From positions 70,443 through 134,442 of the forward strand of contig CBDCAE010000005.1 of assembly GCA_965213825.1 (NCBI GenBank): a stretch of 64,000 nt of DNA, read 5' to 3'. This document shows positions 40,637-49,268 of the stretch, piece by piece. The stretch comes from Capsulimonadaceae bacterium. Its GTDB lineage: Bacteria; Armatimonadota; Armatimonadia; Armatimonadales; Capsulimonadaceae. The notes under the pieces were generated by a model. It had not been told where the DNA came from. It did no database searches and saw only the letters and a program-made list of their open reading frames with translations. The translations under genes and the position numbers were made by a program. How positions within the stretch are numbered: the stretch's first letter is position 1; every line of letters begins with the position of its first letter.

Positions 40637-41800
40637 GTGGCAGCAAAAACACTCAATGTCGGCATGGTCGGCTATAAATTCATGGGCAAGGCCCATTCCA
40701 ATGCGTACCGCCAGGTTGGGCGCTTCTTTCCTGAGCTGGAAGTCGTTCCCGTGATGAAAGCGCTCTGCGGGCGGGACGAAGCCGGGGTTCAAAAGGCCGT
40801 TGAAACCTTTGGCTGGGAGGGGTACGAAACCGATTGGCGGACGCTCATCGCTAGGGGCGACATTGACATCATTGACATCGGCGCACCGGGGAACATGCAC
40901 GCGGAGATCGCGATAGCCGCCGCGCAGGCCGGCAAACACGTCTTCTGCGAGAAACCGCTGGGCAACACGTCCGCCGAGGCCAAGCAGATGCTGGACGCCG
41001 TCACACAGGCGGGCGTCAAGAACATGGTCTGGTTCAACTACCGGGCTAACCCGGCCGTGTCGTTTGCCAAGCAGCTCATTGACGACGGCATTCTGGGCCA
41101 ACTCTACCACTGCCGGGCTTTGTTTTTGCAGGACTGGCTGGTCAACCCGGACGTTCCGCTCTTGTGGCGTCTGCGAAAAGACCTCGCCGGTTCCGGCTCC
41201 CACGGCGATTTGCTGGCGCATTGTTTGGATACCGCCCGCTACTTAGTCGGCGAGATCACCGAGGTCAGCGGCGTTTTGGAGACATTCATTAAAGAGCGCC
41301 CGGAATTGGCCGCATCCGACGACCGCATGGGAGGTGTCGCCTCAGATGTGATGGGAGAAGTCACGGTAGACGACGCTTCTCTGGCCCTGGCCCGCTTTGA
41401 GAATGGCGCTCTCGGCACGTTCGAAGCCACGCGGTTCGCACTGGGCCGCAAGAACCACAACCGCATTGAGATCAACGGCTCCAAAGGCAGCCTCATCTTC
41501 AACGCCGAGCGTCCCAATGAACTCGAAATCTACACCGAGGACACCCACGCCGGCACCCACGGCTTTCGCACCGTTTCCGTCACCGGTGGGCAGGACCGCT
41601 ACACAAGCCACTACTGGCCCACCGCCCACAACATCGGCTACGAGCACACGTTTACGAACCTTTTGTACGATGCGTTCACGGCGATTGGCAATGGTGAAAA
41701 CCCTTCCCCCTCTTTTCGCGACGGCTACCTGAACAATGTGCTCTTGGATACCATCGCCAAGTCCGCCGAAACAAAGAAGTGGGAGACGGTCGAGCCGTGA
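40637..41800 (+). CDS. Gfo/Idh/MocA family oxidoreductase
   Basis: LNVGMVGYKFMGKAHSNAY Rossmann N-terminus; EKPL motif (FCEKPLGN). GTG 40637 lies 8 nt after GAGGAG. Confidence 0.8.
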   Translation: MAAKTLNVGMVGYKFMGKAHSNAYRQVGRFFPELEVVPVMKALCGRDEAGVQKAVETFGWEGYETDWRTLIARGDIDIIDIGAPGNMHAEIAIAAAQAGKHVFCEKPLGNTSAEAKQMLDAVTQAGVKNMVWFNYRANPAVSFAKQLIDDGILGQLYHCRALFLQDWLVNPDVPLLWRLRKDLAGSGSHGDLLAHCLDTARYLVGEITEVSGVLETFIKERPELAASDDRMGGVASDVMGEVTVDDASLALARFENGALGTFEATRFALGRKNHNRIEINGSKGSLIFNAERPNELEIYTEDTHAGTHGFRTVSVTGGQDRYTSHYWPTAHNIGYEHTFTNLLYDAFTAIGNGENPSPSFRDGYLNNVLLDTIAKSAETKKWETVEP

Positions 41801-41857
41801 AAACCTGTCATTCGGGAAAGCCAGAAGTACAGGTTGAGGCGGCTTAGAGATGATTTC

Positions 41858-41953
41858 ACGGGGCTGAACCCTCGTGCTTTGAAGTACAAGCCCCCGCCTT
41901 CGCGGGCGAAGGCGGGGGCTTGCTCTTTTAAAGCCCTGCCGTTTAGGGCAGGG
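41858..41953. repeat. Modular hairpin repeat, family 2 (modules A+B+C)
   Basis: CACGGGGCTGAACCCTCGTG; perfect 16-bp hairpin CAAGCCCCCGCCTTCG-cggg-CGAAGGCGGGGGCTTG; AAAGCCCTGCCGTTTAGGGCAGGG. Confidence 0.8.
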
Positions 41954-41957
41954 GGGG

Positions 41958-42548
41958 TCAGCGTGGATACTCCTCCCGAATGCGGGCAAAGAACGGCTGG
42001 ACCGGGGGCGAGGCTAATACTTGTCGAATTGCGTTGATCGCCTCTTGCGTGGTCTGGGTCAGTGTGTTGACTTCGGCATCGTAGGGGGCGTGGGTATGGA
42101 CCAGCTCCACTTGGAAGCGGGCATAGCCGGAAGGGCGGTCGCCCCGTGCAACTTCGCGCCGTTCCAGCTCTTCCAGTGGGCAGTGAACGCCGATGCAGAG
42201 CGCGTCGAGGCCGTCCAGTGTATGCGCGAGTTGCTGAAGCTGGGAGGTTTGGAGCCAGCCGCCGACCGCTATCACATTGGTACCGGTTTTCGCGATTGTC
42301 GCCAGGCAGCCGAAGTAGCCGTCAAACCAGCGCGACAGGCGCAGGGCAGGGTCCCAGGAAGGATGCGGCCTTTCTTCCGAGGCGGGGTTCCACCAAGCGT
42401 TTCGCGCCGAAGTCGGCGTCATCCGCGTGATGTCGTCGGCTTCCAGTATCCACCAGCACTCGTCGAGGCTGACTTGCAGTGCATTCGCCAGCGTGCTTTT
42501 CCCGGCGCTGGATACCCCCTGCAAAAACAAAATCCTGCCGCTGCTCAA
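41958..42548 (-). CDS. Chloramphenicol-phosphotransferase-like (CPT family) P-loop kinase
   Basis: ILFLQGVSSAGKSTLANAL; GVHCPLEELERREVARGDRPSGYARFQ. Confidence 0.7.
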   Translation of the reverse strand: MSSGRILFLQGVSSAGKSTLANALQVSLDECWWILEADDITRMTPTSARNAWWNPASEERPHPSWDPALRLSRWFDGYFGCLATIAKTGTNVIAVGGWLQTSQLQQLAHTLDGLDALCIGVHCPLEELERREVARGDRPSGYARFQVELVHTHAPYDAEVNTLTQTTQEAINAIRQVLASPPVQPFFARIREEYPR

Positions 42549-42572
42549 GGTTTGCTCTCCTATAGAAAGAAG

Positions 42573-43067
42573 TCACCAGCCCATCGTGCCGGGGTCGCCC
42601 TTGAACGGGCCGACGATGTTTGACGTAATCCAGCCGCCGTAGAAGTCGCCGGGCTGGGCGGTGACAGTTTCGCCGTTTACGGTGCAGGAGTCCATGCGGC
42701 TAGGATAGACCGCGATGTAGTTTTCAATAGCTGCGAACGCAGGCGTCGGGTTTGGGTAGTACCAGGCGGACTGAGCGGCAGTATTGCCGCCGGCGGTTAT
42801 GGTATAGTAGCTTGCAATACCTTTCCACTCGCAGCAGGATTGGCCCGGCACTGGAGTGAAGCAGTCCAAGCGGACATCTTCGGGCGGCAGGTAATACACA
42901 GGCGGGTGGCTGGTTTCGAGGACGCGCTTCGCTCGGCGGCTGTCGGCAATTACTACGCCGCCGAAGACAATTTGAATGTGCGCGTCGGTATCTTCTAACC
43001 GCGGCGGTCGGGGATAATCCCAAACGGATTCCTGTCCGGGGCCAGGCTCAATGCGTCGAGTGTTCAT
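42573..43067 (-). CDS. DUF427 protein
   Basis: VWDYPRPPRLE, RVLETSHPPVYYLPPEDV, CEWKGIASYY. Confidence 0.7.
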   Translation of the reverse strand: MNTRRIEPGPGQESVWDYPRPPRLEDTDAHIQIVFGGVVIADSRRAKRVLETSHPPVYYLPPEDVRLDCFTPVPGQSCCEWKGIASYYTITAGGNTAAQSAWYYPNPTPAFAAIENYIAVYPSRMDSCTVNGETVTAQPGDFYGGWITSNIVGPFKGDPGTMGW

Positions 43068-43111
43068 AAACGGGTAACAAGAGGGCAGCGGACCAGGTTC
43101 CGCAGGAGAAC

Positions 43112-44773
43112 ATGATGGCGGCAAAACCAGTGATACTTGCGGTGGATGATGACGCCGATGTGCTGCGGCTGATCAAAAGCGACCTGCGGCGTCAGTACGG
43201 CCACGATTACCGTGTGCTGAGCGCCGGCGGCGGGCAGACCGCTTTAGACGCTTTGACCCAGCTGAAAGAACGGGACGAACCCGTGGCGCTTCTCGTGGTG
43301 GACCAGCGGATGCCGGGCATGGGCGGCGTGGACTTCTTGGAGCAGGCGATCAAGCTCTACCCGGACTGCAAGCGCATTCTGCTGACCGCGTATGCCGATA
43401 CGGAAGCGGCAATCAAGGCGATCAACAAAGTCAAAACCGATTACTACCTGCTGAAGCCCTGGGACCCGCCGGAAGAGCAGTTGTACCCCGTGCTGACGGA
43501 CCTCTTGGATGACTGGAAGGCCGGCTACCGGGTGCCGTTCGGGGGCATCAAAGTTATCGGCAACCGCTGGTCGTCGGACTCGCACCGCGTGAAAGATTTT
43601 CTGGCCCGCAATCAGGTTCCCTACGAATGGCAGGACATTGAAGACAGCCCGGAAGCGTGCGGGATTTATGAGGAGGCCGACGCGCCGAAGCTGCCGATTG
43701 TCGTCTTCCCGGATGGCACCAAGCTGGAAGACCCGGATGCCGGGACACTGGCAGAGAAAGTCGGCCTGAAAACGTCGGCGGAGCAGCCATTTTACGATCT
43801 TGTGATTATCGGCGGCGGCCCGGCGGGCCTGGCGGCGGCGGTCTACGGGGCATCGGAAGGGCTGAAAACCCTCTTAATCGAAAAAGAAGCGCCGGGCGGG
43901 CAGGCGGGGACTTCGTCCCGCATTGAAAATTATCTCGGCTTTCCCAGTGGCCTCAGCGGCGCAGACTTGGCCCGGCGGGCGGTCGCGCAGGCCCAGCGTT
44001 TTGGGGTCGAAATTCTCAGTCAGGAAGTGACCAATCTGCGGGTGCAGGACCAATATCGCCTTCTGACGCTGGGCGACGGCTCAGAAGTCTCCTGCCATGC
44101 GCTCCTCATTGCAACAGGCGTTTCCTGGCGCAAGATGAACATTCCCGGCGAGGACAAGCTGGCAGGCGCAGGGGTCTACTACGGCGCGGCGATGACCGAG
44201 GCGCTGGCGTGCAAGGATGACGACGTGTATCTCATCGGCGGGGCGAACTCGGCAGGACAGGCCGCGCTGCATTTCGCGAAGTATGCCCGGTGCGTGACGC
44301 TTCTCGTGCGCGGCGACTCTTTAGAAAAGGGCATGTCCCAGTATCTGGTTGACGAAATCAAAGAACAGCCAAACATCCGGGTCCGGCTTAATGCTTCGGT
44401 GACCGCGGTGGAGGGCGAGACGCAATTAGAGCGCATCACAGTCGCGCATTCGGACACCGGCGAAACGGAAGTGGTTTCGGCCCGGTCACTGTTCATCTTT
44501 ATCGGCGCGTCCCCCCGGACGGACTGGCTGGACGGCGTGGTGGAGCGCGACAAGAACGGCTTCCTTCTCGCCGGGCCGTCGCTGATGCCTAACGGCAAGC
44601 GGCCCGACGGCTGGCCGCTGAACCGGGACCCGTTTCTGTTAGAGACCAGCGTTCCCGGCATCTTTGTCGCGGGCGACGTCATGCACGACAGCGTCAAGCG
44701 CGTTGCCTCGGCGGTAGGCGGCGGGGCGATTGCGGTCATGTTCATTCATCAATACCTCGCGAAAGTGCGGTAG
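43112..44773 (+). CDS. Response-regulator receiver domain fused to a thioredoxin-reductase-like FAD/NAD(P) oxidoreductase
   Basis: ILAVDDDADVL...VVDQRMPGMGG...LLKPW (REC); DLVIIGGGPAGLAAAVYGASEGL and GGANSAGQAAL (TrxB-like). Confidence 0.85.
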   Translation: MMAAKPVILAVDDDADVLRLIKSDLRRQYGHDYRVLSAGGGQTALDALTQLKERDEPVALLVVDQRMPGMGGVDFLEQAIKLYPDCKRILLTAYADTEAAIKAINKVKTDYYLLKPWDPPEEQLYPVLTDLLDDWKAGYRVPFGGIKVIGNRWSSDSHRVKDFLARNQVPYEWQDIEDSPEACGIYEEADAPKLPIVVFPDGTKLEDPDAGTLAEKVGLKTSAEQPFYDLVIIGGGPAGLAAAVYGASEGLKTLLIEKEAPGGQAGTSSRIENYLGFPSGLSGADLARRAVAQAQRFGVEILSQEVTNLRVQDQYRLLTLGDGSEVSCHALLIATGVSWRKMNIPGEDKLAGAGVYYGAAMTEALACKDDDVYLIGGANSAGQAALHFAKYARCVTLLVRGDSLEKGMSQYLVDEIKEQPNIRVRLNASVTAVEGETQLERITVAHSDTGETEVVSARSLFIFIGASPRTDWLDGVVERDKNGFLLAGPSLMPNGKRPDGWPLNRDPFLLETSVPGIFVAGDVMHDSVKRVASAVGGGAIAVMFIHQYLAKVR

Positions 44774-44781
44774 TGAGAGAT

Positions 44782-44809
44782 GGAACGAGTGATTTCAGTC
44801 ACTCGTTCC
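44782..44809 (+). terminator. Hairpin plus T-rich tract between the REC-TrxR and kinase genes (terminator or attenuator)
   Basis: GGAACGAGTGA-tttcag-TCACTCGTTCC followed by GTTCGCTTCTTGTTCTTC. Confidence 0.5.
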
Positions 44810-44842
44810 GTTCGCTTCTTGTTCTTCAAAGGCTTACCCACG

Positions 44843-46210
44843 ATGACTACCGAAACGCCGAACCCGCTTTTCCCGACGCTTTCTGCGGAAGAGATCACCT
44901 GTCTTATTCCCTATGGAACCTGCGTTGAACTCGAACCAGGCGCGAGCTTGTTCGGCGAGGGGGAAGTGGAAACGGATTTCTATGTGATTTTAGAAGGCGG
45001 CTTGAAAGTCACCCGCCGGGCGGGCGGCGGCGAGATCATGATCGTGGAGCATCGTCCAGGCCAATTTTCTGGGGCTTTGTCGCTTTTCAGCGGCGAGCGG
45101 TCTATCGCGACGGGCCATGCCGTTGGGAAGCTTTCAGTCCTTCGGATCACGCTGGAAGGCTTTCAGAAGCTCATGACCGCCTGTCCGGAGATCGCGACGA
45201 AGATCATTGCGACGATGGCACAGCGGCGGCCCGAAGCCGACGCTTTAGTCCAGCAGCGCGAGAAGATGGCGGCGCTAGGAAAGCTGTCGGCGGGGCTGGC
45301 GCACGAGCTGAACAACCCGGCGGCTGCCGTGCGGCGGGCGGCGGCGCGTCTGCGCGAAGCATTGGAGGCCGTACAAAGGTCGTCGTTTCTGCTCGGTGGA
45401 AAGCAGCTCTCGGAGGCGGATCAGGACTTGCTGCTTGGCCTCCAGCACAATGCGGTCCCACCCGGTTTAGACAGCCTTGCGTTAAGTGAGCGCGAGGATG
45501 GGATCGCCGATTGGATGGACGCGCGGGGCGTGCCGGAAGGCTGCGATCTGGCGGCTCCACTGGCAGAAGCCGGGTTCACCGAGGGTGCCCTGGACACACT
45601 CGCGGCGCAGGTGACGGACCCGGACACGCTGGCTGAAAGCCTGATCTGGCTGGGATCAAGCCTCGAAGCCGTCGAGCTGCTGCGGACTGTGGAACAGAGC
45701 GCCGACCGGATTTCGGATCTCGTGACGGCGATTAAAGCCTATTCGTACATGGATCAAGCCCCGCAGCAGGAAGTATGCGTCGAAGACAGCCTCGAAACGA
45801 CCCTGACCATTTTGCAGTTCAAGTGGAAGCATGGCGTCGAGGTGGTCCGGGATTACGCGCCGCATCTGCCCTGCATCACAGCCTACGGCAGCGAGCTAAA
45901 CCAGGTCTGGACCAATCTCATAGATAATGCTTTAGACGCGCTCGACGGCAAAGGCCATTTGTTCGTTCGCACTGGGGTAGAGAATGACTGCGTTTTAGTA
46001 GAAATCGGCGACGATGGCCCCGGCATCCCAGAAGAAGTGCAGTCACGCATCTTCGAGCCGTTCTTCACCACCAAAGAGGTCGGCCACGGGACGGGTCTCG
46101 GCTTAGACACGGCTTACCGCATTGTTGTCACCCGCCACGGCGGCGATTTGAGCGTCATCTCCGAACCGGGCGACACCCGCTTCCAGGTGCGGCTGCCGCG
46201 GGGAAAGTAG
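44843..46210 (+). CDS. Cyclic-nucleotide-binding-domain sensor histidine kinase
   Basis: cNMP-binding-like N-terminus (LFGEGEVETDFYVILEGG), H-box LSAGLAHELNNPAAAV, and the N/G boxes of HATPase_c (NLIDNALDA, DDGPGI, GTGLGL). Confidence 0.85.
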   Translation: MTTETPNPLFPTLSAEEITCLIPYGTCVELEPGASLFGEGEVETDFYVILEGGLKVTRRAGGGEIMIVEHRPGQFSGALSLFSGERSIATGHAVGKLSVLRITLEGFQKLMTACPEIATKIIATMAQRRPEADALVQQREKMAALGKLSAGLAHELNNPAAAVRRAAARLREALEAVQRSSFLLGGKQLSEADQDLLLGLQHNAVPPGLDSLALSEREDGIADWMDARGVPEGCDLAAPLAEAGFTEGALDTLAAQVTDPDTLAESLIWLGSSLEAVELLRTVEQSADRISDLVTAIKAYSYMDQAPQQEVCVEDSLETTLTILQFKWKHGVEVVRDYAPHLPCITAYGSELNQVWTNLIDNALDALDGKGHLFVRTGVENDCVLVEIGDDGPGIPEEVQSRIFEPFFTTKEVGHGTGLGLDTAYRIVVTRHGGDLSVISEPGDTRFQVRLPRGK

Positions 46211-46214
46211 AAGC

Positions 46215-47393
46215 TTACTGCCGCCGGGCCATGACGAGGCAAACGTCGTCGCGGAAGGTGCCGCCGCCGAAAGCTCGCGCTCCATCCAGGATCGCCTGGG
46301 CTTTTTGTTCCAGCGCGCCCAGCGCTTCTGTACCTTTGACCAGACGGCATAGACCCTTGCTGCCGAGCTGGTCTTGGCCGGTTCGTGCTTCCGTAATCCC
46401 ATCCGTCGTCATCAAAAGCATGTCGCCGTTTTCCAGATGGAAGGGCGTCGCCCGATATTCCTGATCCCCTTCGATTCCCAGCAGCAGGCCCGAAACTTGG
46501 ACTGTTTCGATTTGCCCGTCGGCGCGAACTAAAAGCGGCGGCTCCATTCCCGCGAGTGCGATGCTGCCTTCTCCTGAAGACGCATTCAGGACCGCCAGGG
46601 TCAGGCATACCGGCGCATCGTCCCCTTCGTCGTTCAGCCCCTCCCGAAACAAGCGGTGACTCTCGCAGAGGTAGTTGTTGAGATGATCTAAAACTATCGC
46701 GGGCTGCTCATGCTCGCGCAGGAACGCCCGCAGGATAAACCGGATCTCGGCGGTAAAAACAGCGGCGGTCAGGCCGTGGCCCATCACGTCACCGATGACA
46801 AACGCAATATGGCCGTTGTCGTAGGCAAAAATGTCCCAGAAGTCGCCGCCTACTAAAGCCTCCTCTGACGCCGGCTCGTGGAGCATCTTGACTTCCAGCC
46901 CCGGAAACGCATTTTCATCCGGCATGAATAGCAAGGCCCGCTGAAGCGTGGACGCAATGTGCCGGTCGCGCTGCTGAGCGTCTGCAAGCTGCCGCTCAGC
47001 TTTCCGGCGCTCGGTAATGTCTTCCAGAGCCAGCACCAGCAGGACGGTGCGGTTGCCGGGGCGGTACAGCTTACGGGCGTTCAGCAGCATGGTCCTTGCG
47101 CCGAGACCGGGAAACGTATGGGTGACTTCAAAATTATCAAAGCTGCTATGGACAGGGACAATGTTTTGAAGCCGCTCCAGCAGCGCGGGGATGTTCCACT
47201 GTCCATCGCCCAGTTCGCTAATGGGCCGTCCTTCAGTTTCTTCAGGGAAGACTTTGAACGTCTTATAAAACGCGCGGTTTGCGGATTTAACACACAGATC
47301 CCGGTCTAAAATGATCAGCGGGTCACGGATCGTGTCGCCGATGTTTTGGGCATACGTTTCAATCTCTTGCAGCAATAGTTTTGCCCGCGCCAT
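46215..47393 (-). CDS. PAS-domain PP2C/SpoIIE-family serine phosphatase
   Basis: PAS-like N-terminus; GGDFWDIF...VIGDVMGHGLTAA...LLMTTDGITEA. Confidence 0.8.
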   Translation of the reverse strand: MARAKLLLQEIETYAQNIGDTIRDPLIILDRDLCVKSANRAFYKTFKVFPEETEGRPISELGDGQWNIPALLERLQNIVPVHSSFDNFEVTHTFPGLGARTMLLNARKLYRPGNRTVLLVLALEDITERRKAERQLADAQQRDRHIASTLQRALLFMPDENAFPGLEVKMLHEPASEEALVGGDFWDIFAYDNGHIAFVIGDVMGHGLTAAVFTAEIRFILRAFLREHEQPAIVLDHLNNYLCESHRLFREGLNDEGDDAPVCLTLAVLNASSGEGSIALAGMEPPLLVRADGQIETVQVSGLLLGIEGDQEYRATPFHLENGDMLLMTTDGITEARTGQDQLGSKGLCRLVKGTEALGALEQKAQAILDGARAFGGGTFRDDVCLVMARRQ

Positions 47394-47560
47394 AAAAACC
47401 TCAATCCGGACCTGCAATTCCGCATCTTATCATACAAGCAGTGTCAGGATTTTATCATACCCGGAACCCAGTGGTTATATGCCGCGCCGGTGCAGGCGCG
47501 CCGAAGACGCTTGAAGTTTTTGCTGCCTTGTTCGGCAGCTGTGAAATTGCAATCATTCGG

Positions 47561-47569
47561 TGCTATAAT
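47561..47569 (+). promoter_or_regulatory. Extended -10 promoter TGcTATAAT
   Basis: ggTGCTATAAT about 40 nt upstream of ATG 47610. AAGGA SD at 47598-47602. Confidence 0.45.
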
Positions 47570-47609
47570 AGCAAAAGAGACACAAAAGGACAGTTATTAA
47601 GGATACTTT

Positions 47610-49139
47610 ATGCAGACAACGCAGCGCATCATCGTTCTGCCGGAAGAAACCATCGGCACGATCAATCCTTTCCTGCACGGTCACTTTGCCGAGCATCTTG
47701 GCGAGCTGGTGTACCCCGGCATTTACGTCGGCCCGGACAGTGCCATCCCAAACACCGACGGCATCCGCACCGATGTGGTGGAGGCCCTCAAACCACTCAG
47801 CATCCCAGTTCTGCGCTGGCCCGGCGGCTGCTTCGCTGACACCTACCACTGGAAAGACGGGATTGGGCCGGTTTCGGCGCGGCCGCTGCGGGTCAACACC
47901 CACTGGGGCATGGCGGAGGAACCGAATTCTTTTGGGACGCATGAGTTCATGGCGTTCTGCCGCGCTCTCGGCGCAGAGCCTTACTTTGCCGCAAACCTCG
48001 GCTCCGCACCGCCGTCCGAAACCCGCGACTGGGTGGAATACTGCAACTTCGCCGGCAAGTCTGCGCTCGTCGATGAGCGCCGGGCAAACGGGGCCGACGC
48101 GCCGTTTGGAGTCGAGTTCTGGGGCATCGGCAACGAAACTTGGGGCTGCGGCGGAAACATGAGTCCGCAGCATTACGCCGAAGAGTTCGCCCGCTACCGC
48201 TCATCGGTGTTCAACTACCCCGGCACGCAGGTTCAGGCGGTCGCCTGCGGGGCAAACGAGTGGAACTGGGACTGGACACGCGGCTTTTTGGAGCAGCTTC
48301 AATCGCAGGGCCGCCTGCACTTGGTCCAGGCGCTGGCAGGTCACTACTACTGCTGGACCGCGGGCACGGCGACGGAGTACACCGCCGACCAGTGGCTGGA
48401 GCTGCTGGCGAAAGGTGCGGCGGTGGAAGGCATCATCACCGGCCACCGGGCAATTATGGATGAGTTCGACCCGGAGCGCCGAATCAAGATGATCTACGAC
48501 GAATGGGGAACGTGGCATCCGGTTGAAAAAGGCAAGCCGGCCGGCGGTCTGTACCAGCAGAACACGATCCGGGATGCCTGCGTGGCCGCGCTGAGTTTGG
48601 ACATCTTCCACACCCACGCCGATAAGCTGTATATGACCAACATCGCCCAGCTTATCAATGTTCTGCAGGCCCTGCTGCTGGTGGAAGAAGACCGCTGTAT
48701 CAAGACCCCGACCTACCATGTCTTCGACTTGTATCAGCCCCATCAAGGCGGCACGTCGGTCCGGCTAGTTTCGCTGGCCGAGACAATCAGCGACGGCGGG
48801 GCGCAGGCGGCACACTGCCGCAACTGCTACCGGGACAAGCAGCCATTCGCGCTGAGGGCTGTGCAAGGATCGGCGTCGGTGAAGAACGGCGTACTGTGCG
48901 TCACGGCCGTCAATTCCCACCCGACGGAGCCGGTCGAGCTGGATCTGGAAGCCGCCGGTGCCCGGTTCGAAACGGCGGAAGTGGTGACACTCAGTGCCGG
49001 CGAAATGCACGCGCACAACACCTTTGAACAGCCGAACACTGTTCATCTGTCCGCCCCGGTGCAGGTGTCGGGCCAGAATGGCCGCCTGCGTGTCCCGATG
49101 CCCGCCGGCAGCGTGGTTCGTGTGCTGGCCCGGCTGTAG
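47610..49139 (+). CDS. abfA: Alpha-L-arabinofuranosidase, GH51
   Basis: LRWPGGCFADTYHWKDGIGP; FWGIGNETWGCGG; YDEWGTW. Confidence 0.9.
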   Translation: MQTTQRIIVLPEETIGTINPFLHGHFAEHLGELVYPGIYVGPDSAIPNTDGIRTDVVEALKPLSIPVLRWPGGCFADTYHWKDGIGPVSARPLRVNTHWGMAEEPNSFGTHEFMAFCRALGAEPYFAANLGSAPPSETRDWVEYCNFAGKSALVDERRANGADAPFGVEFWGIGNETWGCGGNMSPQHYAEEFARYRSSVFNYPGTQVQAVACGANEWNWDWTRGFLEQLQSQGRLHLVQALAGHYYCWTAGTATEYTADQWLELLAKGAAVEGIITGHRAIMDEFDPERRIKMIYDEWGTWHPVEKGKPAGGLYQQNTIRDACVAALSLDIFHTHADKLYMTNIAQLINVLQALLLVEEDRCIKTPTYHVFDLYQPHQGGTSVRLVSLAETISDGGAQAAHCRNCYRDKQPFALRAVQGSASVKNGVLCVTAVNSHPTEPVELDLEAAGARFETAEVVTLSAGEMHAHNTFEQPNTVHLSAPVQVSGQNGRLRVPMPAGSVVRVLARL

Positions 49140-49268
49140 CGTTCTAGCCTGTCACCCGGCATCAGGAAACTGGCCCTGCCTCGTGCGCCTGGTCACTTAT
49201 TGCCAGATGCAGAAGGCAGTGCCAGTTTCCTGGAGTCTACTTCCTGTCACTATTCCAGAAAGACACCG

